A stretch of DNA of 61,890 nucleotides, the filler included, from Sphacelaria rigidula (taxonomy: Eukaryota): the NCBI GenBank assembly GCA_964200075.2. It is 11 parts of 11 records of this genome, joined end to end, with 100 filler letters (N's around TTAATTAATTAA, not from the genome) between each part and the next. Parts side by side here need not be neighbours in the genome. Positions count along the whole stretch, not along the records: positions 45,086 to 50,620 come from CAXNAA020026545.1; positions 50,721 to 56,255 come from CAXNAA020026546.1; positions 56,356 to 61,890 come from CAXNAA020026547.1; 8 more parts are not named here. One strand, given 5' to 3'. How positions within the stretch are numbered: the first letter of the stretch is position 1; every line of letters begins with the position of its first letter. The notes below the pieces were generated by a model that was given only the letters and a program-made list of their open reading frames with translations, was not told the origin of the DNA and did no database searches. Shown in pieces: positions 50,269 through 61,890 of the stretch. The position numbers were made by a program, and so were the translations under genes.

Positions 50269-53200
50269 TTCAAGTACGATTTTTTCAAACCACCGAAACG
50301 TGAGAAAATACCCCACGTCATCACCCAACTCACCCGAGCAAGAGTTCGACCACGTTCACAAGAGAAGAATAGGTGCTCAGGTACATGCACACATGCATGG
50401 GTGGACAAAAGTTGCCGCTTGGGATACTTACCCCTGCAATTTGCGCACTAATGTCTTCATCTGATGGAACAAAAACACTTTCTCAGAACACATCCTGATC
50501 CGAAGCGTGCAACGTGCTGCTTCATCTGCCTCCCCCCCCCCCCCGTACCCGCCTTCGATTAGACCCTATGCGATTCGACAAACACACCCCGCCCCCTCGC
50601 CCCTGGTCGCTGACTACGAGNNNNNNNNNNNNNNNNNNNNNNNNNNNNNNNNNNNNNNNNNNNNTTAATTAATTAANNNNNNNNNNNNNNNNNNNNNNNN
50701 NNNNNNNNNNNNNNNNNNNNGGTTGTAAAAGGGGGTGGCGGGGTTAAAAGGAAAGGGAAGGGGAAGTTCGTGGAAAAAAAAGGCCCAGAACACCCCCCCC
50801 CCCCCCCCCCCCTCATGCTCCGTCTCGGAAGGGATGCGTGGTCAACGGTCGAACGGCTAAGGCAAGCAACAAATGAGTACGCCCCCCCCTACCATCGTCG
50901 CATGACTGGGGCTCCCTAACGGTTTTAGATGCAAAACAGTATGGGTCAGGGCAATTTCGTTTGCAAATTCATCCGGGTTACCTCTAGCACACTGGAATAC
51001 TAACCCTGGAGTACCCTCGTGTATCTCGTAAGTCGTGTTTTGGGTGAGAAAAAGGGCAGTGCACAGTACTAACTTCTGAAAATATTTGCGTATTTCTACC
51101 GTAGCGGCACTCACTCTCCCGATGGCACTTCGGCATATACTTCATCTGTGTCCGTTGACGTGAAGTTCTTCCGTAGTCTAATGCCCTGTCTGCGTCGTGT
51201 TACTGCGTATTTCCCCCCCCCCCGGCTTTACCCCACTCCTGGAATGTTTGTTTCGCATTCTCCACACTGTTGGTTCCTGGGTTGCGTTTCTGCTTTGCAT
51301 ACCATGGGTCCAGTTCTCCACGTATTCACGTCCCGGTGTCCTGGGGATCATCGCTACGTTTTTTTTATAGATAAGTACAGTAATGAGCCATAATTTTTTC
51401 GAGCCCTTTGCCAGATTGCTGCCCCCCCCCCCCCCCCCCCGCGCGCGCCCTCCCCTTTTCCTCCTCGCGAACTGAATAAGACGTGCGTCGACGCCGGTTG
51501 TCTTCGCCGTGTCCACTATCGATTCACTATCGATACTCAAGACTCAAGGAGGATACCGAGCCGCACCTCATCACGAAGCCTGACCAAAAGGTTGGATACC
51601 CGCATATTCCCCTCTGGGGAAAGTACAGGGTATACAGCACCCCTCAAGTGGCTTTGGAGTCTTTAGCACAACCCGTCCTCGGTGAGCAGCACGTTCCCCT
51701 TGTATCGGCTGCATCGACAAAACAGCTAAGGCGCATGCTAGATCCCGGAAGGGAAGCCTACCAGCTGGATGCTGCCCTGTACTTGGAGGTTACAGGCACG
51801 TGCTCGTTTTTTTATTTGACGCAGAAAGCGGACGGGGTGGTTGTTGACATGAGGGAAACAATCGACTATACCACACAGGAGAAGAAGAGGCGAGAGTTAC
51901 TGGCCGCTGCGCTTGGCAGTAACGACGGAAATCAACATGCAGTAACAGGCAGAGTCCCAGAGAGTCGATAGCGGAGCGGAAGGATCGGTGCGAGTCGCCC
52001 GACGGGGCATACGCCACACGGGACGGTGCGAGTCGTCCGACGGGGATAACGTCGATGATGGCGATGACGATGAAGTCGATGATGGCGCTGGTATTGATGA
52101 CGTTGGCGTCTTGAATTGCTGTGGCGTGGTTGCAGGATAACGGCACCAAGAGATGGAAATATAGCGGGAGAACCTCAAAAGGAGAAACTCCAGGATGGTT
52201 GCGAAATTAGACTCCAAGATAGTGTGTCGCCCTCGGAAGTTAATATTTTTCACGCACTGTGGTATCTCTACCACCCTGCAGTAGCCTCTCACTCTCCATC
52301 TCACTCGAAAAAGCTCTGTGCCCCTCTGTCATGCAGTGATGCCTTCAAACGTTTCCCCCACAGGTGCTAACTGCCGGAGAGGCTTTGGTTGTGTGAAGCG
52401 GTAGAGCCAGGTGCATGATTCCGGGAATGGCTTCTGGCATGTACAATACCTCGATGGAGACTAGGAAGAGGTATCTCGCCGTAAAGTCGGGCACCCAACG
52501 CTTGGGTATGGAGCCAAGTATAGATTGAGGTACCGGCGGTCACGGCTATTAGCCCTTGAAGCTTGTGTGTTTCTATTGCCGATTATGAAATGTGTATGTT
52601 TACCTTGAATATCGACGGGTCTGTAGCCAAGCTCGAGTAATGCTACGATAGAGGTGCACTTTTTTCGCGAAATTATGTCTAGTTCAGGCGCTCCTAACGA
52701 TTCTAGATGCACGAAAATATGGATCAGGATATCCCCGTTTGCAAATATATCCGGGATATCTCCCGCACATTGGAAAATATTTCCTGTCGTACTTTCACAT
52801 ATTTTTATAGGTCGTGTTTTGCATGAGATAGAGGGCTCCTGACGATTGTAACCTGAGAAAATATTTCTGTACCCCTACCGTAGCATCACACGCTCAATGT
52901 ATATGCTTTGATAAACGTCTTGTATAAGGTCCATTTGTTTGCGCCTTATTCAGTGTCTACATACTTCTTGCATACCATAAAAAGCATGGGTATGAATGTC
53001 TGACATATACTGCATTTGTCTATTCCCCACCTGGTATAGAAGACAAGGCGCGTGGGCTCAATACCCGGTGGGGTAGGAGTTTGTGGGTATCGTAGAGCTT
53101 ATCCTTACATAGGCCCCGCTTTCAAAACTACTGATCAGTTCTTGGAACGGTGGTTGTGGCCATTGGTTCGATCCTGCAGGACCCAGGACGTAATGTAACT

Positions 53201-53350
53201 GATCAGGGGGGTTTAAACGCAGCTCAATGATCGCTGATCTCCAGTCACACTGAGATTCCGTGAAGATCGTGGGACACCCGTAGGCGGTCGCTATGGTCAG
53301 AAAGCCATTCTCTTATGCACTGGGGGGAGGCCATTTCGCGACCGAATAAG

Positions 53351-53777
53351 AACAGTAGATTATCAAAAATGGGGCTGAACAAAAAAATGAGGTTCAGCTC
53401 AAAAGCGCTGATTTCCCTTACCTCAAGTCATGAAAAATTACTTTCATATGGATTACCTGATTCCTCCGGACCTCCCTGAACCTATTTTGGGGGATTTCTA
53501 GCCTTCCGTTCCCTCAAAGGGTATGTGCGAAAGCTCATTTTCGCCTCGATTTCGAGGTAAAAAAAGAGACGCTTTTTGGCTCAAAAATCGTGCTTTCGCA
53601 CATACTGTTCAAGGGGAAACGGAAGGGTGGAAACTCTTCGAAGTAGTTCTAGGGAGGTCGGGAGGGATGAGTCCGTCCATATGAAAGTATTTTGTCATTA
53701 CTTTAGGTCAGGGAAAGCACGAGTTTTGAGTTAAATCTTATCTTTTTGTTTAACCTCATTTTTGAGGATCCGCTGTT
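53351..53777. mobile_element. Foldback element, ~430 bp
   Basis: Imperfect inverted arms of ~190 bp (e.g. TACTTTCATATGGA/TCCATATGAAAGTA, GTATGTGCGAAAGC/GCTTTCGCACATAC); TSD unclear. Confidence 0.8.
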
Positions 53778-56599
53778 TACGGAGCTTTCATGTCAGCGCA
53801 TCTCTACTTCGCCGGTATTGGCCACGAACAGCGGTGCGCGTCCTTCAACGTCCGCGGGCAAATCCTTAATCCTTCGCTTGTATGTGGACACCCAGTGAGT
53901 GTGGTGCCGATGAGCCTGCTGCTGATGTTGATACTGGGTGTGGTGCCCTGACCATCCTGTGCAGATTTCGCAACATCATTGAATTGTAAGCGGGGTCGTG
54001 AGCGGAAAAAAGGGATCGTAGATCGCCGGAGGGTATGATAACGGCGAACACGTCGGAACACAACGCAGGTCGTTCAAGATTAATTTCGATACCCTGCGAC
54101 GAAGGAAAACCTCTCCCCTGGTAATCCACCTATCTCGACGGACTTCCCTGAGGAAAATCAAGCAATCCCCTTTCAACGTGACGGAGCACGCTCCACACTC
54201 TGTGTGGAAGAATGACTGCGCAGTGGGCTACCGATCGCTCTCCTGACGCCGACCCCATGTATATAGGGAATGCACCAGTCCCTGCAATCCGTTTTCTCAC
54301 CCGTTCACTCACCGTGGCCATTTGACCGGCCTCCGCAACATGTACGACAGCGCCGCGGTTTTCCTCCAGCTCGGCTTCTGCCTGCTCAGTCAAGCGTGTA
54401 CCTCGCACGGGAAAAGTGTTGGACGCTGCGTACAGGTGTTGAGAACGGTACCTCGTGCTAGGGCAAGCTTCCTGGCGGCATTGGTCCGTGATACAAGGTA
54501 CGCAGTGAGAATACACCCATTGTCCGTATCATGCTATTTCGGGGGGGTTTTCAGCGCATGGTTTTCACGGGAAACTACCTTTTCGCGACGAAATCGGCTA
54601 TGCGTTGCTGGCGTTTGCTGATTGACTGGGACGAGTGATTAGCATGAACTTGGTTATCGGAGTGATATAATGCCTTGGCGGGCTTGCCTGTTTTTCTACC
54701 AATGACCTAAAACAAATCGGACATCCACAAAAGAGTGAAATATTATGTTCGTGATATAGTTATGGCAGGGTAGGATGATCGTTCCAATGATGGGTCTCTG
54801 ATTTCCTGTGGCTATCCCGGAAATGCTCACGGCATTCTAAAGGCTGCACTTTTTATTTTTTGGTATACGGTTCTGGTTTTTTATGTTTTATTTGTTTGGG
54901 ATCTCCCATGACTCCGTCTAAAATATTTACAGAACATGAGGACACTGAATTCTTGCATCAGCTCGATTTTCTTTCTCTTTGCCTTGTTTTTGTGTTTTGT
55001 GTTGTTTTTGGTGTTGTTTTGTATTGGTCGTCCCTTCCTGTTCCCCGTACCAAAGAAGACTCGATCTTCGAAATGAGTCTCAGTTTTCTGTGGTGTGGGA
55101 GAGGTGTGGCTCGATGCAAGTTCGTCCCTTCTGAAACGGAACTGCACTTGAACGATCCAGGGTGGGCTATTGTGATGGTAAATGACCGAGTGCTTTAATT
55201 AAACTAGTTCTATGGGATTTGCAGATGGTCCCCAGAAACGATCGGCGGGTATGAAAAGATTCTAGCCGAATGTGTGCTTATGTAACGTAGAAATTGGACT
55301 AATACAGCCCAATCGGCATTGTTGCGCCTGCAGGCTGTAGTCGGATTGATGGTATCGGATTGGTCATATGGGGCACGCGCCTGCCAAAAAAGGTAGACAA
55401 AAGGCACGCGCCACAACGAGTTGGTATCATGGATATTGTATGCGTGGCCAGGAGTTTTTGAGGGTAAGGGCGAGCGCCCACCATCGCCCACGAGTTCACT
55501 TGCAATCCACCGGTCAGAGAAAGGCTTACAGTAAAACTAATCACAAGAAGAACCGTAAGCTTTTCATCTGCTCTGCGCGACGTCTGACCCTCTGGCCTGC
55601 AAGCCGTTTCTCAAGAAGTGAGTGACGTGTATCATTGTCCCGTTGTGTCTTTTGGTTTTTCCTTCTCTGAAAGAGCTCGGTACTTACGCACAATAACAGC
55701 TGTTAGCCGCAAACGTGTGCCGTGTGCGAGAGAACCTCACTGCTTGAGTTAACGAGCCGAACACAGGACCAGTGGGTCACACTCATATATCTTGGGGTGC
55801 GGCTTACTCTGCTACTGTATACCGTCATATACGCCCATCATTTCGATCCGTATTATACCAGTAGCTACTGTACATGTGCATGTGCATGTACATGTGTGTG
55901 TGTTGCCATCTCATCCATCCTGTACCTTGACAAGATTATTTACGTGTTGGTTTACCGCAGTCTCGCCGCAGGTGGCACAAGCACAAAATGCAAATCATGA
56001 CCACCACCAGCGTCTGCACGCAGGCTAGATGATGGCCTCGGGTGTTCAAACCCCCAGGATTTTTCATATACTTTAGTAAGGTGGGGTTCTGAAAACTGAT
56101 TTATCTGGGGAAAGTCTCTGAAAGAAATCGTCCAAAATGACTTCTCTCAGAGACTTTTTTCAGTCTAAAGGAAGCGGCCTCATAACAGGGTTGCCAGAAA
56201 AATGAGAACGTATTTTGAAATGAGAATCAACCGCTCCCCGGGATTGTGTCCATTTNNNNNNNNNNNNNNNNNNNNNNNNNNNNNNNNNNNNNNNNNNNNT
56301 TAATTAATTAANNNNNNNNNNNNNNNNNNNNNNNNNNNNNNNNNNNNNNNNNNNNCCAGCAAAAAATGAGTACGCGCCCCCCCCCCCCCAACCTCACCGT
56401 CTCGAAAGGGATGCGTGGTCAATGGTCAAACGACTAAGGCAAGCAACAAATGAGTACGCCCCGCAACCTCACCCCCCACCACGGCATGCAAGATTATGAG
56501 TAGACCCACATCCACCCCCCTCCCCCCCGCCCCTTATTTTTTGGATATTGAAAGTCAGTCGCGCCCGTAAGTTGTACACCTGCCTTCAACGTGCGTGCA

Positions 56600-57232
56600 A
56601 GCTGTAATGAGTTCCAACGTATACCCTGGTAACGTTGGGCAACGTGTGGCAACGTCACGTTCCCGACCTTGCCCCGCAAGGTATGATGCTTAACACGTGG
56701 AACATCCATTCAGGCACGTTCCAGACACCCTAGTGGTCACTACCATGATACACTTGCCTCGAACGTGCCCACAACCTGTAATAGGTTCCAACCTATACCC
56801 TGGCAACGTCAACGTTCTGACCCTCCGCGGCAACCTACCTTACAGAGGTTTCAGAGCCTCCATAATCCCACCTCCAGGCACCCCAGTGACGACGTGTGAT
56901 ATCCTGGTCCATTCTGCGCACACGCGGCCATTTGGCTACACCCCATAATGCCCTAAGAGGGATGCGCGGCCCTCCAGGGGGAAAACAAGCCTCCGGAGGA
57001 CCTCAATCCCTCTGGAGTAAATTCAACTTCACCGACCCGGAGGGCCACGCACCCCTCCGGAGGAATTTGGGGATATGCGCGGCCCTCCAAAGTAAAAAAA
57101 AAAAGCCTTCGGGGGCTTTGAATCTCTCTGGAGGAAACCAATACATCTCCTCTGGAGAGTCGCGCACCCCTCCGGAGGTGTTTAATTCCTCTAGAGGCTC
57201 GAAAGGTTTACCTACCTGGAGGAATTTGGAGG
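56600..57232. repeat. Two adjacent short tandem duplications (~175-bp unit; ~115-bp CCTCCGGAGG-rich unit)
   Basis: TGTAAT..GTTCCAAC.TATACCCTGG at ~56603 and ~56777; ATGCGCGGCCCTCCA...CGCACCCCTCCGGAGG at ~56962 and ~57075. Confidence 0.7.
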
Positions 57233-57564
57233 TAGCCAGCTGGCCGCGTGTGCGGGGTAACTCCGCTGTCCTGTTGGTGAACTCAACATTCGTGTTACTA
57301 CAGTAAACAACGTTTTCGAGAGATTGAGAGTAGAGCGCTGATTGGGGGTGGCTCCGATCATTCGCTTGAACTTAGCCATTTTTTCATTCCATGCGTGCTT
57401 CTCTTTGCTTCCATCACTGGCGTGTGCTTACAGCTACACATCGATACCCTACCCAGGGATATCAAGGATCTCAGCGGAAAGCCACTACGGAAAGCATATT
57501 AGACCTCGTGGAGGGGCATTTCGGATCTGAAACGATTCATTCACAAAGTGACCGCTTTTCACTC

Positions 57565-57822
57565 TGTAGTCAAATGATACCAAGCCGTAGGTTTCGGTAT
57601 AATCGCATGCATGATTGGAGCAGTGGCAGGGGACAGGGGATCCTGGATTGATGACCTTTATCTGTGTGGCCCCTCGCTGTTTAGCTCTTGGTGTGGTCCG
57701 TTGAGGATCACTCCGTGATAATAACGAGTGAGAAGAAAGGACTTGTCGAGCACGAGGCCAGTGATACTGGAGGAGTCCCTCGTGGATAGTCCTCTTGTCC
57801 AGATCGTCTGGCAGAGGCTGCA
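57565..57822 (+). mobile_element. 5' LTR of Gypsy family B element
   Basis: 258 bp, TGTAGT...GCTGCA; boundaries confirmed by the solo copy at 7494-7747; ~190 bp upstream of the gag ATG. Confidence 0.88.
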
Positions 57823-58008
57823 ATATCTAGGTATTCTTCCGGCACCCTATTAGAGGAGTTTGGAGAGTGGGCTGCACCTGAGAGCTAGTTTAGCCCGCAG
57901 ACAGGAGGAGACCAACTTGAAGCGCACAGCAGTGGGGGACGCTCCGTGAGCTGGAGGACGCACAAGTCAGGCAAGAGTCTCATTGTGAAGTGTTTGAACC
58001 ATTAGGAC

Positions 58009-59168
58009 ATGGCTCAAGCGGCAGCAGCGCCACTGGTGTTAGGTGAGCCCCTAGACACGCCGAGGTATGGCGAGGTGTGGACGGAGGAAGCGTCAAAACT
58101 TTTCTGTGCCAAAATTTTTACTTCATATAGCGTTTGAGTCTCGCGAATTCATAGGGAATCGTGAGGCATGAGAGGGTGAGCATAGTTGACCTCATCTCTA
58201 CCTTTATTCACCGATGCTTCGAAGATATGTACAAGGACCGTCGGGCTATGACCCCCGACGAATTGCTTGATGCTGTGAAGCAGCATGCCGAGTACAAAAC
58301 AACCGGCGGAAAGCATGGAGCTGCGCGGGCTGCAGCTGACCTGCGTAGAGCTCTTATTATGCCACAAAGCAAGGAGAGATCTGTCAAGGACCGGGCGATG
58401 ATGGTCAGCTCAGGTATGAAGAGATGTTTCTCAGAAAACCTGACGATGCAAGCCATGAACCGTGCGGAGGACAGGAGTTGGTTGCCAGGCCCGACCGAGT
58501 CGGTGTCCGTAGCTTTGGTGGATGGGATTTTGCCCAAGGTGTATGTTAGAAGTGTACTAACGTATGTTGACGGCTGGAAAAAGAGCCCGACGGTGGTGTT
58601 CAAAACAATATTTGAGGCAGCCGACCAGTGGAAGTTCATTGTAGCAAATAGCCACCGCAATTCTGCAAGAAGTGCAGGTGGTATGCGTCACAAACAGCAA
58701 CAGCAACAGAAACGGCAGCCGTCTTCGCGAGCATCGTCCACTCGCGCGTGTTACAACTGCAGCAACACCGGACATATGATTAAGGACTTCCCCAAGCCTC
58801 GCGCTCAAGGCGCTGCACAGGGCAATGCGCGAGATTCATCAGGATCTCGGGGCGGTCGTCACGGTGAACGGGGCCGTGCCAGTCATGGACGCGGGCGCGG
58901 CGGCCGCGGTAGCAAGCAATCGGCGGCGGATGGTGGTTCCTCCGCTGCTGTTTCTTCCACTACGTCATCAGGTGGTGACTCTGGATCTAATGGTTCGTCC
59001 ATAGCGGGGCGGGCAGTGTACGTGGGAAATGCAAATACTTCGGTGGGGAGTTATGGAGAAAATACCGGGCAACCCCTCGGCCAGGCAGGATCCGTGTCTG
59101 GTGCATTCCCTACGGCTGCGACGGCTGTAACAGCGCCTTCTGCATATTCGGCAACTTGGTCTGGTTGA
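58009..59168 (+). pseudogene. Gypsy family B gag (frameshifted)
   Basis: MAQAAAAPLVLG... start, then the 335-aa ORF 58161-59168 with a decayed knuckle CYNCSNTGHMIKDF and an RGG-rich tail. Confidence 0.85.
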
Positions 59169-59329
59169 ACCGACGATTCGCAGCTATCGATGTCAAGTGC
59201 TGAAGGATAGCCCTGGCGTCAGGTGACTCTTGAGACAGAACAGGGTTCTTCGGCAGGCGTGCTACCTGTCGATCGCAAGGCTGAATGTTAACGCGCAGAT
59301 TGAACACTGCCTGGTTCTGTAGGTTCGTT

Positions 59330-61890
59330 CATGGCCCGCGTTATTCTGGATTCCGGGTCTGCGCTCACGTCGATCGGTCTGGGTTGCTAGAACAAATGAC
59401 ATCGCAGTTTGGCGGCGCTCACCTTCAGATTCCTTTCAAAAACGGACCGTGAGCGGCACAGATCGCCACGGGTGCTCCCGTGACGGTTACACATAAAACG
59501 GTGCCGATTACTGTTAGCGTGCGTACGCCGTAGGGGGCTGTAGAGTTGCAGCCAACTACTTTCGCTGCCATGCCCGGTAGGGACAACGTGGTTCTATTTG
59601 GGATGGCGACGATGAAGGAGCTCGAGATTGATTTGTATCCGCTGGTGTTGGAGAAGTTACGTCCGCGTGCTGTGCCGGTGGAAACCGGCGTGGAAAACCC
59701 CGCATATCTTGCTGCAAAGCATGTGATCATATCCATACGATCATTCTCGAGCGCCAATGAGGAGGAGGCTCCTCCTGATGAAGCGGTGGAGCGCTTGGTC
59801 GATCGGGGGCCGGACATGTTCATGGGCCCAGCAGAGGAGAGAGGTGCACGGGAACGTGCGCTTCAGGATAATGTGGGGCAGACCGAGCAGAAGGGCCTGA
59901 GCGCCGATGGCGCACATAGTCTGCGCGATAGTTTGGCTCGTCGCGTAGATACATTTCATCGTGCGCTGCGTGGTGATCCCCCAGCGCGCGTGGAACCAAT
60001 GAAGGAGGCTGTGAAGGCCAAGCCTCGCCGCTGCGATCCGGTGAAGATCGTGTGGTTTGCTTCATGCATCACAGTTTTGGTGGCACTTGGTTTGTTGGTT
60101 AGGAATATTCAGGGAGTGTGGGAGAGTTCGGCGACGGCGGTGCCGAAGAGGGACACATTCCGTTTGGTCAGCGACTATCAGGCGGTCGACGCGCAAGTGG
60201 AACAGTCTTCGGGGGTAATGCCAAGCCAAGAAGACATGCGGCTGTTGCTGGGAGCCCAACAACAATATCGGTATGTTATTGAACACATTCCTGTGGAGCG
60301 CAAGTGTTGGGGAGATTCTTTGTTTCGCTGGGTAAAGGTTCCTACCGTGCCTGTTCGTTTTGTTGCCGTGTACAGCCCGTGTGATGCTGATGATTCGCTG
60401 CCCTCGTTAGACGTTATTCGTACCGCGCAGCGCAAAACAGTCGGCGAAGGTGTTCATTCTTTTCCTACGACTTTTGGTCAAGCTACTTTGGCTGACGATG
60501 GTTTGTTTCGCGTGCGTGTTGGCAGTGGTGATGTTTTGTGGATTCCGTCGGATGACAAGGCTGTACAAACTCGCTTGGTGGTGTGCGCTCACATGCGATC
60601 GACTGGTCACCTTGGTGTGGCGCCGACTCTGTTTCGTTTGAAAGAATACTGTGTGTGGTCTCACATGGATTCCCACGTTCGCGAGTTTGTTCACCAGTGT
60701 TTGCATTGTGTAGCCACTCGTGCTGGTGAGATTGTACCTCGTCCGTATGGCGATACTGTGCATGGTACTGCGCCAGGTGAAGTTCTTCACTTTGATTTTC
60801 TGTACGTCGGAAGTAGCGGACCTGAAGGTGCTAATGGTTTGCCTGAGGAGGATGACTTTCGGTACGTTTTGGTTATTATGGGTGATTTGTCCAATTTCGT
60901 GTGCTTGGAGTCGACCGAGGCTTCCACCGCCGAGGTTACAGCTAAGCACTTGCTCCATTGGTGCAAGACTTTGGGTGTGCCGCGTGTTTGGGTTAGTGAT
61001 ACCGCCACGCACTTCAAGAATCGAGTGATCGCGCAGCTGAGCGATGCGCTCAAGGTGCAGCACCCATTTGCTGTTGCGTATAAACCTTGGTCGAATGGTG
61101 CTTGTGAACGCATGATGAAAGAGGTTATTCGTGCGTTGCGGTCTATTTTGTCGGAGCAGAGACGGCCCGTGTCTGAATGGGTTGATGTCTTGCCAGCCGC
61201 TCAGTGGGCGTTGGATACTTATTTTCGTGAACGCTACCGTAACACTCCGTATTGTGTAATGTCTGAGTGATGCTACGGGAGGGTTGCACTTTTGAGCGAG
61301 ATCGTTTCTCGGGGTGTTCCACGGATCATTTTGAGAACCGGCATCATTTTCACTTAAAAAAGACTGAAAATGATGCCGATTCACGAAAAGACCCCTGTGT
61401 GCACCCCCATGTCCTGTCCCCGGAGATTTGGGTTGCACAGTAAGCCCCATAGATTTGAGCTCCTACAGTAACGAGATTCGGAAACAAACAGTGCAACCCC
61501 TGTCGTAGCATTGCTCGTCTGGGCGTGCGCCGCGTACAGCGTTTTCCGCGCTTGCTTCTGTCACTGGCGGTGAGTGGAACGTCGATGTCATGGATGTTGA
61601 TTCGTTGCGTAACAAGGTTCGAGGCGCGGTTGATGAGCAAGTGCGCTTTTGTAACGAAGTGCAAGCTGCTGTCGTGGTGTCTCGCGAAACCAAACGCAAG
61701 CTTGCTCAGGACCAGGCTGTGTTGCCCAAGTTTGCAGCTGGTGATTTCGTATTGCATGCCCGTATTCGGAGGCAAGTTGTGACGCCAAAGTTGATGTCGA
61801 CGTCGACAGGTCCGTGGCGGGTGGTCGGAGCCGATCACGCTCACGTGTATTCGGTGCAGAACATTGTTTCTGGCGCCGTGCACTCGGCCC
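59330..61890 (+). pseudogene. Gypsy family B pol: protease, RT N-terminus fused to RNase H C-terminus, integrase (interrupted by a MITE), GPW module
   Basis: VILDSGS protease motif (~59340); FRLVSDY; CAH...GHLG...CLHC; LHFDFLYV, VWVSDTATHF, SNGACERM (DDE); STGPWRVV after the insertion; open to window end. Confidence 0.93.
61265..61517. mobile_element. 253-bp TIR element inserted in integrase
   Basis: TIRs GAGTGATGCTACGGGAGGGTTGCACT / AGTGCAACCCCTGTCGTAGCATTGCTC; TCT duplicated (61262-64, 61518-20); removal restores YCVMSGRAPRTAF in frame. Confidence 0.9.

Noticed and set aside
53800..54520. Non-LTR retrotransposon endonuclease relic
   Set aside because: Vague resemblance only; no CCHC or PD..D motif could be read confidently.
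60407..61450. 347-aa minus-strand ORF (likewise 35690-36313 and 6007-6591 on the plus strand)
   Set aside because: Antisense shadows of pol or host exons; no recognisable motifs.

Overview
Eukaryotic, repeat-rich nuclear DNA. The intron style, the WxDD-type Gypsy reverse transcriptase (RT) and the repeat landscape suggest a stramenopile, most likely a brown alga (inference). The window is not one locus. It is 11 contigs of 5536 or 5535 bp joined by an artificial N44-TTAATTAATTAA-N44 linker and apparently sorted by length, so neighbours across gaps are probably unrelated. Contents: (i) decayed Ty3/Gypsy LTR retrotransposons of two families. Family A is chromovirus-type with ~470-bp LTRs, and its integrase carries a chromodomain followed by a PWWP/Tudor-like extension. 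Family B has ~258-bp LTRs and a WVDD RT motif. (ii) Many non-autonomous DNA elements: Stowaway/mariner-like, piggyBac-like, Harbinger-like foldbacks and hAT/P-like. (iii) A tRNA-derived SINE, retroposon 3' tails, a very abundant ~70-bp hairpin module and a ~63-bp minisatellite. (iv) Host gene fragments: a multi-exon CEP57-like coiled-coil gene, the first exon of a MYB gene and orphan exons. No CRISPR array, rRNA or intact tRNA was seen. The best novelty candidates are the chromo+PWWP-like retrotransposon integrase and the structured 70-bp module. All calls were made by eye without database searches.
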